From contig OZ024747.1 of NCBI GenBank assembly GCA_964016885.1, positions 62,992,001 to 63,056,000 on the forward strand: a stretch of 64,000 nt of DNA. The letters run 5' to 3'. A program made the position numbers and the translations under genes. The notes below the pieces were generated by a model that was not told the DNA's origin, made no database searches, and saw only the letters and a list, made by a program, of their open reading frames with translations. Shown here in pieces: positions 13,200 through 26,049 of this stretch (its first letter is position 1; the number at the start of each line of letters is the position of its first letter). This stretch comes from Eledone cirrhosa (Eukaryota).

Positions 13200-13655
13200 T
13201 TTGTGCAGACCAGGCAGTTATATTTTGTCTTTGCACTTATGAAATGGTCTCTCCACATCACATATGATTTGTTTTGAAACCTTGAGCTCCTTAGCAATGG
13301 TGCTAATTAAGTTTCTAGGGTTCTTATTGATAGTTTTCTGCACTTTTCGTACAAATTTTGTTGTTCTGGTGGTAATAATACATTTAGCAGGTATTATATA
13401 TTTGGTTTCTACTGTAGATTCCTCATTAGTGGCTTCCGGTTCTTTGCAAACTTTGACAACAAACGACTGCGTAACTTTCAGAAAGCAAGCATGCTCTAAA
13501 TCCTTATGCTCTGCCTTTAAGGCAATGATAACAGTGTGTCTTTACATTTTCTGTGTTAGCTTGATGGATGTCAGAGAGGAAATGATAATCAGAATAATTT
13601 AGTAAAAAGTTAGAGCTATTAAAAGACATGTCCTCAAAGAATTAAGCATCCTTAT
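13200..13655 (-). pseudogene. Tc1/mariner-superfamily (DD37D/maT-like) transposase N-terminal fragment
   Basis: - strand: LTQKM*RHTVIIALKAEHKDLEHACFLKVTQSFVVKVCKE..RTTKFVRKVQKTINKNPRNLISTIAKELKVSKQII, two HTH-like segments; subfamily assigned from recall. Confidence 0.7.
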
Positions 13656-14049
13656 ATATTGTACATTTTAGATTTTGTATGTAAAATGGAAGTGTAACTT
13701 ATCTACTGGACCTACAAAACCTAAAATCAAAATAAATGGTACATTGTAAATCTCGTATATAAAATGGTGGTGGAACTTAACTACCTGTTCAATCTATACA
13801 CAATTGTATACAGTAATCAAGGTGTTAGAATTTAATAAAATGTCTGTAACTTTATATATGTTATGTTGATGAATTGAATTCTCAATCGAGATTTTAATTT
13901 AAATATAAATACTTAAGTGCATTGGCAATATATTGTATTTCATATTGCTTTAGTTCACTCAGTTGGAAAAAAATAATTATGCCTGTAATTCAAAGAGCCA
14001 ACCTTGTCATCTACTGTGTCAGAGTGAATATTCCTGAGATCTACATTAA

Positions 14050-14273
14050 CCCTTTAGCATTTACACTGGCCATATCTTGCCAGATTTCTCTCACCTCTTT
14101 CTGTCCAAACCCGCCCTAACTGACCACTCATACCGACAACATTAAGGTATTGTTCTCAAAATAAATAATATCAAAATCTCATAGATTCGATATTATGTGA
14201 GATAATTATGTGAAGTAAAGCCTTTACCATGAAAATACAATAGTATATATAGAGTAATGTAAATGTTAAAGGG
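14050..14273. mobile_element. piggyBac-like MITE
   Basis: TTAA on both sides; TIRs CCCTTTAGCATTTACA / TGTAAATGTTAAAGGG. Confidence 0.88.
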
Positions 14274-17200
14274 TTAAATGTACATGAGTCTGTGCAATAC
14301 TCAACCCCTTGTTTGGTAATTTGACAAACAGGCTGCCCCATTGATGAAACAACTGGAAGAAATATTGTTAGAACCTACAGAAGTCCAACATGAATCAACA
14401 CAACACAGTCAATTGGTTTTTAACCATCTCTGTTCCCAAGAGAGATGCTTTAACAGTTAACAAGTTAAACAAAACAGAAGAATTAGAAATAGAAATGTTA
14501 GTATATTCAGGTGCATCTTATATTCCAGGAATGTTGAAAACATGTCAAAACTAATATAAGAGCATTATACTCTGATATTATTATCTTAGATCTGAATGGA
14601 AATATAATAGAGAAGACTAGAAGACAACTTAATTTTATTTGATTTGTTTGTATTTCATGTAGATTAATATTTCTATGCATGCATAGGTGGAACCAAATAC
14701 AGCATGGTGGAATGGTAAAGGGGTTTGCTTTACAATCAAATGTTTCTAGGTTCAGCTTCGTTGCATGGCATTATAGGCAAGTGTCTTTTACCATAAACCT
14801 CAAATCAATCCAAGCCTCGTGTGGATGGAGACTGTATGGAAGCCCATGAACTGACTAGAAAGGCAGTAACTCCAAATAAGAACTATATTGAACGATAATT
14901 AGTTGCACTACACATGCCAGTATAGAAAATGTATGTAGAATGTTGATGATGATGATGGTGGTGGTTGTTCCTCCTCCACTAGTGATGGTATCTATCCACT
15001 TTTAGGATAGCAGAATAATTTTGTTGTTCTATCATAACAATTGGTTACAATAACATGAAATAATGGCTTCTGATTCAGGCAGAAACCCAACAATTTTTCA
15101 GGAGGGGAAAGTCGATTGATATAATGATGGTAAACCAGCAATGAGCTGACATTGCACTTTTCTTTTCATTTACTCTTTTATTTATTTCATTTATTCTTTA
15201 CTCCTTTATTTTGTTACTCTTTTTGGTTTCAATCTCCCAGAATTATGGTAAACCACCAATGAGCTGAAACAACACAGTCCCTTGTAATTTCTCTATATGT
15301 ATGAGAGTTTGGCAGAAAATAAATAACAATGAGAGATTGAGGGAGGGAAAGAGAGGAAGAAAGAGGAGAGTGAGAGATGTTCTGTAGTTCACTGGCTTAA
15401 CCTTAACCTACTACATGAAGTAACATTTTTTGCTCTCCGAATCATTCATCATAAAATGTTATGGGACACTTATATTTTATTTTTCTGTAGGAGTTTATAA
15501 AATGTAATCATGATTTTTAGTTTCATGTTTATAGAATTGGCTGTTCTTTATAATCAGTTGAGTTAATAACAGGAGGTTTACATTAGTTGTCATTCCCATT
15601 CCATACAGGTTTATTGCCATATCAAAGCATCAAAGTTTGCTTTGTGAATGTTTCATGTAAAGAACAACAAGTCTTTCATGTTTAATATTCAATGTTTAAT
15701 GTTCTGTTCATTGATTTCAATAGATCCATACCATCCAACCAGTTTAATCAACTGCAGGATGAAGTCTCAGAAAATATGTTTGTTCAAGTTCTACCTGTCC
15801 TTGTCGGTTGGGCGGAGTACAGTATTTAAAATCAGAATGCAGAAAGCCAGAATAGATACAGCAGAGAACATCTCATTTAATGCTCTAACTATTTATTCTG
15901 ACTCACAAGACATTGGTCAGCTAGATGCTACAGTAGAAGATACTTTCCTAAAACTGCCACAGAGTAAGATCAAACTTGAAATAACATGGCTGCAAAGTGA
16001 ACTTCTTAATCACACAGCCATGCCTGTGACTGATAAATAAATAATTAAATGACTAAGAATATATGGTAGTTGATCTAATGTACGTTATCAAATATCTTTT
16101 CATTCTCTCCAATGTATAATTTACATCCATGGTATTGATAAGTTAATTGAGGGATTTTTTGTGTAATCTAATATTTCTGAAACTAGGAGACTAGCTAAGT
16201 ACATTCATTAGAAGCTCTAGAATATTTAACTTTCACGTAATCTTAACACAACATGATTTATATAACACATTAACAGGCTGCATAGCTCAGGAAAGTAGGG
16301 AAACAGCAATATTAACTGACATTAAGTAATATAAGCACCAAGTTGTATATATATATTGCAACGAAACAAGGAATACTTAATGTGAAGGAACATAACGTAG
16401 TTTTTATAACTGTTAGCTATATGAATAACAGAAGAAAAAAGTAAACTACAGTATAGGCATATAAAAGCTGAACATTCCCTGATGGTATCAATGCTTCTTG
16501 GAACTACTTGGATGGAGTATTAATGTCGAAAGGTTCTAAAATCCTTAAAATACCCAACCATCTGTTGACAAAAGAATGTACCCACATTGAAAACTGTATG
16601 TAGAATTTTGGCTCCTAATTTAGGCTCAAGGTTACCAATTTTAGGGAGAGGGGTAAAATAATTTATATTGTATATGCTTTCATATATGCATTTATTATGA
16701 TTCCCATTATGTTAGTGCTGTCTGCCAGGAGCATGAAACAATCATAATATTACTTCACAATAACTGTTTCTGTTATTGTAGTGTGAGGGGTTGGCAGAAT
16801 TGGTAGAGCATCGAATAGAATGCCATTGGGCCATTTGTACTGGCCTTTTATATTCTGCCTTCAAATCCTACCAAAGTCAACTTTACCTTTCATCCTCTGA
16901 GGTTGATAAAATAAAGCACCAGTCAAATACTGGGGTTGGTTTAATCATTGATCTTGCCCTAAAAGATCTGAATGCCTTCTGCCTAATTTATTGATATCTA
17001 AATTAGGCAGAAGGCCATCAAATCTTTTAGGGCATTCGATTCTTTGACCAGCCAGCACATTGTCTCCTTGAGCAAGATGATTAATTGCTCCTGTCCACTT
17101 AGCTGAAGAAAAAGTGAGTACCAGCTATAACTGGAGCATAACCCCTGAAATGGACTTTTGTCCAGCTCAGAGAGACGTCAGGGAGACGTTTCATGATAAG

Positions 17201-17568
17201 ACAAGGGCTCATTTAATTAAAACACCTGAGAAGCATATGAGATACAACCTCATAGGTAGCCAGCTAAATCTACATAGCTGTGAGCTGTAACAACCACCAG
17301 AAGTAGTTGGGGATTGACCCTTTCAACTGACAGAGGGAAGCCTTTTCATTAAAACACCTAAAAAAACCTCCTATTGGAGGCTGATTAAACATAGATAGGT
17401 GTGATCACTGATATATATGTGTGAGTGTGGGCATGTATTAGAGCCTGGGGCCCCTATGATTAAAACACCTGAGAAACCTCCCTTGTTGAGAGGAACCTTA
17501 GTAGAAGGCCAGCTAAAACTATATAGGTGTGAGCTGTCACAACAACATCAAGTTTCATGTGAAATAAT

Positions 17569-17748
17569 TGTTTCTACTTTTGGCACAAGGCCAGCAATTA
17601 CCCAGTGCATTACTGGTACTTTATTTTATCGACTCCGTAAGGATGAAAGGCAAAGTTAACCTCGACGGGATTTGAACTCAGATCGTAAAGGGACGTAACT
17701 ATGCTGGAAAGCATGGCATCTGACCTTCTACCGATACTGCCAAATCAC
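17569..17748 (-). mobile_element. SINE family B with 20-bp TSD
   Basis: caagtttcatgtgaaataat (17549-17568) and caagtttcatgtgatataat (17749-17768). Confidence 0.9.
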
Positions 17749-18561
17749 CAAGTTTCATGTGATATAATGTCTTGTAAATATGCATTCATGATGAATTAAA
17801 GAACTTTCTAAAAATATATCACAGCATATTTTTTGTTGAAACTTATTATAAAAGAGATCTAGTGTTAATGCTGACAGTAAAGAAGAAATGATACATTTCT
17901 TACAAAATAATATTTTATTGCAAGATCTAGACTTGACATAAAAGATGAATAGACTTTAAAATATATCATTTTTCAAACACTATTCAAGATAAACATAAAG
18001 TGAGAATAAACTTGATTTGTGAGTTTCTCTTTATGATAAACTGCTTGAAAAAAGTTTCCAAGGGAACCGAGCCCAAAATTATTTAAATGGACGGAAACAT
18101 TTATTGTATGTCTTCATCAGAAATTGAATTTCATTTTCAGTTAAGGAATACTGTAAAACAAATGAGATAAAATATCAAAGTTATGTTTTTTTTTCTATTT
18201 TCCTAACAAATTATAAACTGTCTTCTCCTTATAAGTCTCATCAATTCTTTCAGATATCAAATTTCAATAGAAAAAAATTAAAATTTTGAAAGAACTCAAA
18301 AAAATATGCAATTTTTTCTCCTTCAAAAAAATGTAAATTTTAAAATAAAATATCATATTATTGAGAAATATCAAATTATAAGAAGAAAAAAATAGTATAT
18401 CTTTCTAGAACATATCAATTAAAGGATAGAATGAAAATAGCAAGCAGAATTGAATTTAAATATGCTGAGAGAGATGCAATAAACACAAAGTTGTTTATTA
18501 GCAATGAAAGTTTCAAACCCAGTTTACATAACTTTAATAAACAAATTTATAGACATAAAAT

Positions 18562-18909
18562 GGAGGCACATGGCTTAGTGGTTAGAGCATTGGCCTTGCA
18601 ATCGAAAGGTTGTGAGTTCAATTCTCTGACCGGGTAATGTGTTGTTTCCTTGAGCAAGACACTTTATTTCACATTGCTCCAGTTTACTCAGCTGTAGAAA
18701 TGAGATGATAGGGACTGGGGTCCATATCATTCCACTGCAAAGTGGTCGTGGAGGTGCCACGGCAAAAAAAGCACCCAGCACTCACTGTAAATGAGGTTGG
18801 TGTTAGGAAGGGCATCCAGCTGTAGAAATCAAGCCAGCATCAGTTCCCGTCCCACCCTTGCAAGCAAGGAAAAAGCGGACGTAAAATGAAATGATGATGA
18901 TGATGATGA
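18562..18909 (+). mobile_element. Young tRNA-derived SINE 'family A' (CORE-like centre, RTE-type tail, (GAT)n)
   Basis: A-box tggcttagtgg, B-box gagttcaattc, ccttgagcaagacacttt centre, tail cttgcaagca..ggacgtaaaatgatgatg; near-identical to 24537, 28861, 31984 copies. Confidence 0.92.
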
Positions 18910-19051
18910 AAAGGAATGAGAAGGAGCTGATTGTCAGATTGAACCAAGGGAACTATGTTTCCATGGGTATTTTCATTGCTGATAGCATCTGTTGTCTGCA
19001 ATTAATTCCTGAAAGTAGTGTCATTGCAATGCCTCCTTTCCAACTCATTAA

Positions 19052-19251
19052 CTCTTTAGCATTTAAACTGGCCGAATCCAGCCAGAATTCTCTTCTGTTC
19101 AAAATGGCTGTAACCAGCTACTCATAATGACATTACGGTATTGTTCTCAATATAAATAATATCAAAATCTCATAGATTTGATATTATGTGAGATAATACC
19201 TTTACAATGAAAATGCAATAGTAAATATAGAGTAAGGTAAATGCTAATGGG
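19052..19251. mobile_element. piggyBac-like MITE copy
   Basis: TTAA flanks; homologous to 14050-14273. Confidence 0.85.
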
Positions 19252-19370
19252 TTAAATATTCCATCAATCAAGGACCTCTTGATAAATAATTTATTGATTT
19301 TGAAAGGATCAAAGACAAAGTTTACCGTAACAGAATTTGAACACAGCACAGAAAGCTGGAACAAATACAG

Positions 19371-19563
19371 TAGCATTTAAATCAGCTGTATCTGGCCAGA
19401 ATTCTCTCACTTCTTTCTGTCCAAACCAGCCACTAATACCAATGTTAAGCTATTGTTCCCGAAATAAATAATATCAAAATTTCATAGATTCGATATTATT
19501 TGAGGTGAAAACTTTACTGTGAAAATGTAATAGTAAATATAGAGTAATGTAAATACTAAAGGG
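19371..19563. mobile_element. piggyBac-like MITE copy, left end clipped
   Basis: Homologous to 14050-14273; ends aaaggg-TTAA. Confidence 0.8.
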
Positions 19564-21149
19564 TTAAACTAATATTCTAACCACTCTGCCAAATTTCCAC
19601 CTGTGCAGGTTCAAATAACGTTGATTTATTATAAGTGTATATAGCTACAAATATAGGAGAGATATATAGTTGACTATATCAACCCAGTATTTGACTGGTA
19701 TTTTATTTTATCAGTGAAAGCATGTGGCCTAGTGGTTCCGGATTTGGTGTCAGTATCATAATGTTGTGATTGATTTACATACTGTGGTGTTGTGTCCTTG
19801 TATAAAACATTCCAATACATGTTGTTTTGATTCACTCAGCTTAAAATGAGAACAAGTGGCAGATGGGGGCTAACTCTCTACAATGGACACACATCTCTAG
19901 GGATAGCTCTTGTATGTTCAATTACTTAACTCCCATGAAACCAGGATAGTATTTGTGATTTATCCATCCCTTACAAACAATAGGAAAATGGCTGTAAAAC
20001 GATTACTCTAGCTCTTTATTTCCTCTATCCCTGAAGGATGATGATAATGTTGACTCCAGCAGGTATTGAACTCAGAACAACATGTCATATGGAATGATTT
20101 TGTTTAAAAATAAAATCTAGTGGAACTTATCCCTCACTGGGAGTGAACGCAACTGATTTCTTCCAAAGCGATAGAGATTAAGATAAATAAGAAACTACAT
20201 ACACTCGTATTTTATTTAAAAACCACAAAAGGATGAAAGGCAAAGTTAGCCTTGGCAGGATTTGAACAGAGAACTGGAATAGGTATCATAAAGAATTTTA
20301 TCCAACACTGTAATTACTCTGCCAACTCATCGCCATGTTGTGGGTTATATCAACCCCAGTATTTAACTGCTACTTATTTTATTGACTTTGTAAGTATGAA
20401 GGGTAAATTTGAACTCAACGGGATTTGAACTCTGAGTAAGTGAGGAAAAAATTGCTGGTTACTATATTCATGGAAAGAGGACAATTTTTTTTTGACTTAT
20501 CTTGAGTATAATTTAAAATTAAACTACTGCATAAGAAAATCAATAACTATGATGGACAGTTGGTAGAAATTGTAATTTTAGATAAAGACAAAAGAATCAG
20601 AAAAACACAAAAAGAATCAATATAGAACAGTTTTAGTTTTTTAACCGAAGCTAGATAGAAACCAGCATAGTTTATTATTATTTTTTATTATTTGACCTTA
20701 CAATTTCTATTGTTAATAATTTGGATGGTTCAAACATTGCTCTCTTATGGGAAGAATATGCCAGTTAAAAGTTTGGACGAGCTCTGGAGGTTCTTTATGT
20801 TTGAACAACTTTGCTCTATCTAAGTAATTATTACATCTGATCTAGTGGTTGTTATAGAATTATTGACATTTGAATCACATGCGCACACACACACACACAC
20901 ACTTGTATGTATGTATGTTTTTATCTGTGTATGTATATGTATGTATGCATGTACATATGTATGTATGTGTGTATGTATAAGCATGGATACATGTGTATGT
21001 ATATCATAAGGAGAATGCATCACACAACATAAGTTATTAGTGACATCAGAATAAACAGAAGACAGAACAAGAAATGCATGAAAATATGGAGAGCAGGAAG
21101 GAATGTATAGGAACTGTCTGTTAAATATAGTTTTTAAAAAGCTCAATGT

Positions 21150-22204
21150 AATGCATATGACAAGAAAGAGGAGGAGTTAGACTCATATGATATTGAGGAC
21201 AATTGGAAGATTCTATGAGACAACCTGTGGCTGGAGCTGTTAAAGAAAAGAGACAGGCATGGAAAAATTGGGAAAATGGAGGTAGCAAAGATCAATATCA
21301 AGATGATCAAAGAGAACATAGACAACAGGTATATACAGTACACAAAAAAGCTGAAAGCAGGAGGTTTGCCAATGTCTTGTGTTGTGAGGATCAGGGATGT
21401 GAGGTGTTCTGAATTGCTAAGAAGTATGTCTGTGATAACCAGGACGTTGTTTGGGAAAAGTGTATTTGAAATGACACTGGTGCACTTAGCATCACTGATA
21501 CCCTAAAGGAAAAGGACCAGAAATGCTATTATAAGACATTGATGAGTGTGAGGAAGAGAGAGACTATCCACAGCTGATCCATCATATTGACCAGGTATTA
21601 AAATTGACAATTATAGAGTCAAAGAAGTAATCAATGAGATGAAAAATGGTAAGGCTGTCAATCCATGAGAGATAGCCACTGTAATGCTGAAATACTGAGG
21701 AAGTAGGAGTCGAACTAGTCACCCACATAATCAATTAGATAGTACATGATAGTCATACCCAATGCCTGGCATAGTAGCATACTCATTAATTGCTACAAGG
21801 GTAAATGTGATACACTAGAAATGAGCAACTACTGATAACCCATGTAAAATAAGTTTAGCACACCTAATTAGGGAGAGATTAAAGTTAGATGAGATGCAGT
21901 ATGGTTTTGAGAGGAGCACCACAGATGCTATTTTCTTAGCTACAAACTATTCTTGTAGTTGTCTCACTATGTGTAAGTCACTATGTCTGGATTTTGTTGA
22001 GAGAGAAGGCCTTTGACAGATTACCATATCTGTCATCTAGTGGTGCTTAAGGAAACTACGAACAGGTTGTGAAAGCTGATCTCAAATCACTGAAGCACAC
22101 AGTCAAGGTGATGAAGAATCATGATGAGTGGAGGGCTGCTAAGCTAGAAAAGACCCATCCAACCATGCAAGCATAGATAAACAGATGTAAAACAATGATG
22201 ATGA

Positions 22205-22208
<4 letters not shown>
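21150..22208 (+). pseudogene. RTE-clade LINE relic (part of RT region plus 3' tail)
   Basis: AVKEKRQAWKNW..NQDVVWEKC..MKNGKA..INCYKGK..IKLDEMQYGF..STTDAIF..KAFDR; ends ccatgcaagcatag..atgtaaaacaatgatgatg. Confidence 0.85.
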
Positions 22209-22255
<47 letters not shown>

Positions 22256-22256
<1 letters not shown>

Positions 22257-22445
22257 GGCTTTTACAAGACTAGAACTGTTTCATTCAAAAGAAATCATCA
22301 GGAAAGCCAACTGTCCCAAGGATTTCTTTTAAATGAAACAGTTCTAGTCCTGTAGAAGCCATTTCTATATTAAATATTATGTTTACATACTCTACTAATG
22401 TATTGAATACCTTACTTATTGTGGTTACTCCTGATTGAATCAGAC
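22256..22445. mobile_element. PLE-type terminal-repeat relic with inverted repeat and hammerhead-like motif (older copy)
   Basis: Imperfect inverted arms 22256-22296 / 22321-22361; - strand ggctttc-CTGATGA-tttcttttgaat-GAAACAG-ttctagtc-TTGTA-aaagcc; homologous to 23741-23925; abuts (TA)n. Confidence 0.65.
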
Positions 22446-23697
22446 ACACACACATATACGTATCATCATCATCATTACATACCATCTTACTATCATCGTA
22501 GTTTTAATATTTTAAACATTTTAATATTTTACATCAAACATACTCTTTGCCCTTAAATAATCTGAAAAAACACTAATAAATAAATGTTGTTTCTGTATAA
22601 CATATTGGCATTATTAGATTAAAAAACGATTGTTTCATTGATATGGCAAGTAAAATATAGTAAAGGATATGTTTCTGTCACATTGAATTTCTAAATCACC
22701 TTTGATTTCCATTTGTAGTTATTTTATTACATTCAGAAATGTAAGATCTATCTCTTCGATATGTTGTGATGCATCATCGGTGATGTGAACTACAATTATT
22801 TAATGTTTTGGCTCTGTTAGCATCATGCTCCCATACCCAGGTGACCCTACCAGGACTGAACAGACCTCAGATTTGTTGTCTCAGCAACAACTACTAACAA
22901 ATCAGTTAATTTAATCTAAAACCCTCTCTCGGTGTCTTTCTCTGTGGCTTTGCTCACAGATTAATGGCTCTCCTCTTTGTTGCCCTTGTAAAGCCTAATT
23001 ACCAGAGAACGCTGCAGTGTGAACATCGACTAATCTCCTTACATCTCACCTCTATATCCTCACAATGCATTTCCCAACCTCAGCTCTGGCACTTTTCACA
23101 TATTTTTTTAATTAGCTAATAATGGTTTCTGATTTAGTAACAAGGCCAACAATTTTAGGGGAGGGGAAAGTCAATTAAATCGACCCCAGTACATTACTGA
23201 TACTTTATATTATTGACCCCCTGTAAGGATGAAAGGCAAAACTAACCTTGATGGAATTTGAACTCAGAACATAGAGGGCCGTAAATCTAAGCCACAAAAC
23301 ATATTGTCCAAAAGATATAGGTTTTACCAGCATTAATTTCTTTGTTCTTGAAATCAGCATGAGACAGATAGGGTGTCAGCATATTACTGATACCTATTTT
23401 ATTGACTCGTAGATTATGGAAATGCAATTTCAAACATAGACTTTGATCTCAAACTATAGACAGACAAAACAAAATATTATAATGTACAAGTACTATGTTC
23501 AGCCTTACTGATTATATTGATACAGTTCACTGCATTTTACAAGCACAAATGTTAACATTTTGTTTAATTTTAAGTAGCAACAAATTATGTAATATACATG
23601 TATATATAGACACACACACACATACACACATACACACACACACATATATATATATATACACATATATTCAGGACCCCAACGACTGTTGTGGACCTAC

Positions 23698-23732
<35 letters not shown>

Positions 23733-23740
23733 CATATATA

Positions 23741-23925
23741 CGTAGGTCCCGGGTTGAGTCGGGGATAACCACAGTAAGTAAGGTACTCAATACATGGCAG
23801 AGTAAACATTTTTTATAGAAGGAGCTTCTACAGGACTAGTACTGTTTCATTCAGATGAAATCTTCATCCTGAAGATTTCATCTGAATGAAACAGTACTAG
23901 TCCTGTAGAAGCTCCTTCTATAAAA
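23741..23925. mobile_element. PLE-type terminal-repeat relic ending in a perfect 56-bp-arm palindrome
   Basis: Arms 23811-23866 and 23870-23925 with 3-nt loop tcc; flanked by TA/TC microsatellite. Confidence 0.7.
23868..23912 (+). ncRNA. Minimal hammerhead ribozyme-like motif (stem I truncated at the palindrome axis)
   Basis: CTGAAGA 23869-23875, stem II t-ttca-tc-tgaa-t, GAA, stem III ACAG/CTGT with loop containing palindrome actagt, GUA cleavage triplet. Confidence 0.55.
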
Positions 23926-24536
23926 TAAAAAATATATATATACTTAATTTTTGTATTTGGTTTGCAAGAATTTTTATCTGAAAAAGTGTGTTGAAACTGA
24001 TATTGTTATAGTTTGGGAGGGTCATGTCGCCAATAAAAGTACTTGTTGCATTTTGCTCCAAAATCCATTATTATAAACTTCTAGTCATTTAGTTTAATAA
24101 CTGGATGGTTGTTTAGTTCTTGATTGTCATCAAAACTCTTTTGCCACATGTTCTGTGACCTCCTCAGTGACTATTTTTGCTATTATTTTGTGTCATTCCT
24201 TTGTTCTGTCATACACCATCTTGTTTTTGTGAGCTGTGTACTTGGGCTGTGCATGCATTGTATCTGGATTTGTGAGTGTGTATGTGTGTCTTTATTTGTT
24301 TGTTTATTAAAATTAAATATTAAGATAGTACAAAAAACAAGTATTCCTATAAAAGCCCTGATTAGTAGAACAGGAATTTGAGAAAAAACCCTGCACTGGT
24401 AGAAAATGTATAGTCTGCTGATTTAGACCATGATGACCCACATACAACTTGATGTCCACTTCTTGCTTAACCCTTTAGCATTCACATTACTCTATATATA
24501 CTATTATAGTTTCATGGTAAATATAATAGTATATAT

Positions 24537-24872
24537 GGAGGCACATGGCTTAGTGGTTAGAGCATTGGCCTTGCAATCGAAAGGTTGTGAGTTCAATTCT
24601 CAGACCGGGTGATGTGTTGTTTCCTTGAGCAAGACACTTTATTTCACATTGCTCCAGTTTACTCAGCTGTAGAAATGAGATGATAGGACTGGGGTCCCTA
24701 TCATTCCACTGCAAAGTGGTCGTGGAGGTGCCACGGCAAAAAAGCACCCAGCACTCACTGTAAATGAGGTTGGTGTTAGGAAGGGTATCCAGCTGTAGAA
24801 ATCCAGCCAGAATCAGTTCCCGTCCCACCCTTGCAAGCAGGGAAAAAGCAGACGTAAAAATGAAATGATGAT
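24537..24872 (+). mobile_element. SINE family A, full length
   Basis: Near-identical to 18562-18909; sits in a short TA run. Confidence 0.92.
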
Positions 24873-24899
24873 ATATATGTAAAAACAATGAGTTATATG

Positions 24900-25215
24900 C
24901 TTTGTTGATGAATATTCAACAGAATTACCTTCATAACATATATGAAGCACTCTACAGGAAAAAACTTTATCTGGAGCATTATAATATTAATAATTCCTTA
25001 CAAATGTATTTCCAACTATGCTGAAATGGTCCAGTCATTAGAATAAATAATTAAAAAAATACAAAAAGTCCTCATGTATAGTCAGCTTGATAGTCGATAT
25101 AGAAAAGTTAGATGACCATGCCTCAGGTACGAAGACAAGCTGAATAGTTTTCTGTCAGCAACCCATATAACTTATGAGACATTTGAGCAAGTGGCCTTGG
25201 AACGGAAAGAATAAT
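24900..25215 (+). pseudogene. Highly decayed RTE-type LINE 3' fragment
   Basis: KVLMYSQLDSRYRKVR*PCLRYEDKLNSFLSATHITYETFEQVALERKE resembles RTE C-terminus (..GRPRLRYKD.L..W...A.DR..W). Confidence 0.55.
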
Positions 25216-25230
25216 GTTCTGTGTATCATA

Positions 25231-25427
25231 GGGCGGCGGATTTTGGTAGTATCGGTAGAGGGTCGGACGCCATGCTTTGCAGCAAAGAGTTACGGCTCTT
25301 TATGGTCTGAGTTCAAATCCCGCCGAGGTTAACTTTGCCTTTCATCCTTACGGGGTCGATAAAATAAAGTACCAGTAATACACTGGGGTAATTGCTGGTC
25401 TTGTGCCAAAAGTAGAAACAATTATAT
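25231..25427 (+). mobile_element. SINE family B, full length
   Basis: gggcggcggattttggtagtatcggtag..gagttcaaatccc..agtagaaacaattatat. Confidence 0.9.
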
Positions 25428-25726
25428 TTTCATGGTAAAGGCTTTACCTCGCATAATTATCTCACATAATATCGAATCTATGAGATTTTGAAAGTATTTA
25501 TTTAACATCAGTTTGAGCGACCAGTTACAGCCAGTTTCAACAGAAAGAGGTAGAGAATTCTGACTGGTTTTGGCCGGTTTGAACATTAAAGGGTTAAGTG
25601 CATTCTAGCCCATTACAGAGTATACTGGGTACATTTTATCATGACAACAGCACTATGGGTGGCTTCATTTCTTAACATTCAATCACTTTACAGAGTGTAC
25701 TGAGTGCTATTTATCATGGCACCAAC

Positions 25727-25767
<41 letters not shown>

Positions 25768-26049
25768 ACACACACTCACACACTCACACACATACAAACA
25801 TACATATATATATACACACAAATATATATAATATATACACCTTGTCAATGAATGCAATTCTTGTAGCAGAGTTTCAACTCATTGACCAGGAATTTAAAAT
25901 TCTTCTAATTCAGACATTACGACTCGGTGATTTTAAATACTTTGCCATAGATATTAAAATTTCCAATATTTGTTAACAATAACAGAACTAAAAGATCAAA
26001 GAGAAGGCTATTTATTGCATAGCTAGTTTTTGTTTATCTCTGACATAAT

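Larger units (their letters stand above)
24471..25593. mobile_element. piggyBac-like MITE interrupted by a ~906-bp composite insertion
   Basis: TTAA-ccctttagca left end and aaaggg-TTAA right end; tttcatggtaaa duplicated at 24510-24521 and 25428-25439. Confidence 0.8.

Noticed and set aside
18562-18632. tRNA-like sequence with A and B boxes
   Set aside because: It is the head of a multi-copy SINE running into CORE-like body and tail; no clean acceptor stem
6545-22785. Isolated CTGANGA/CCGATGA strings (about 6542 -, 6867 +, 18114 -, 22774 -)
   Set aside because: No properly placed GAAA, stem III and stem I; expected by chance
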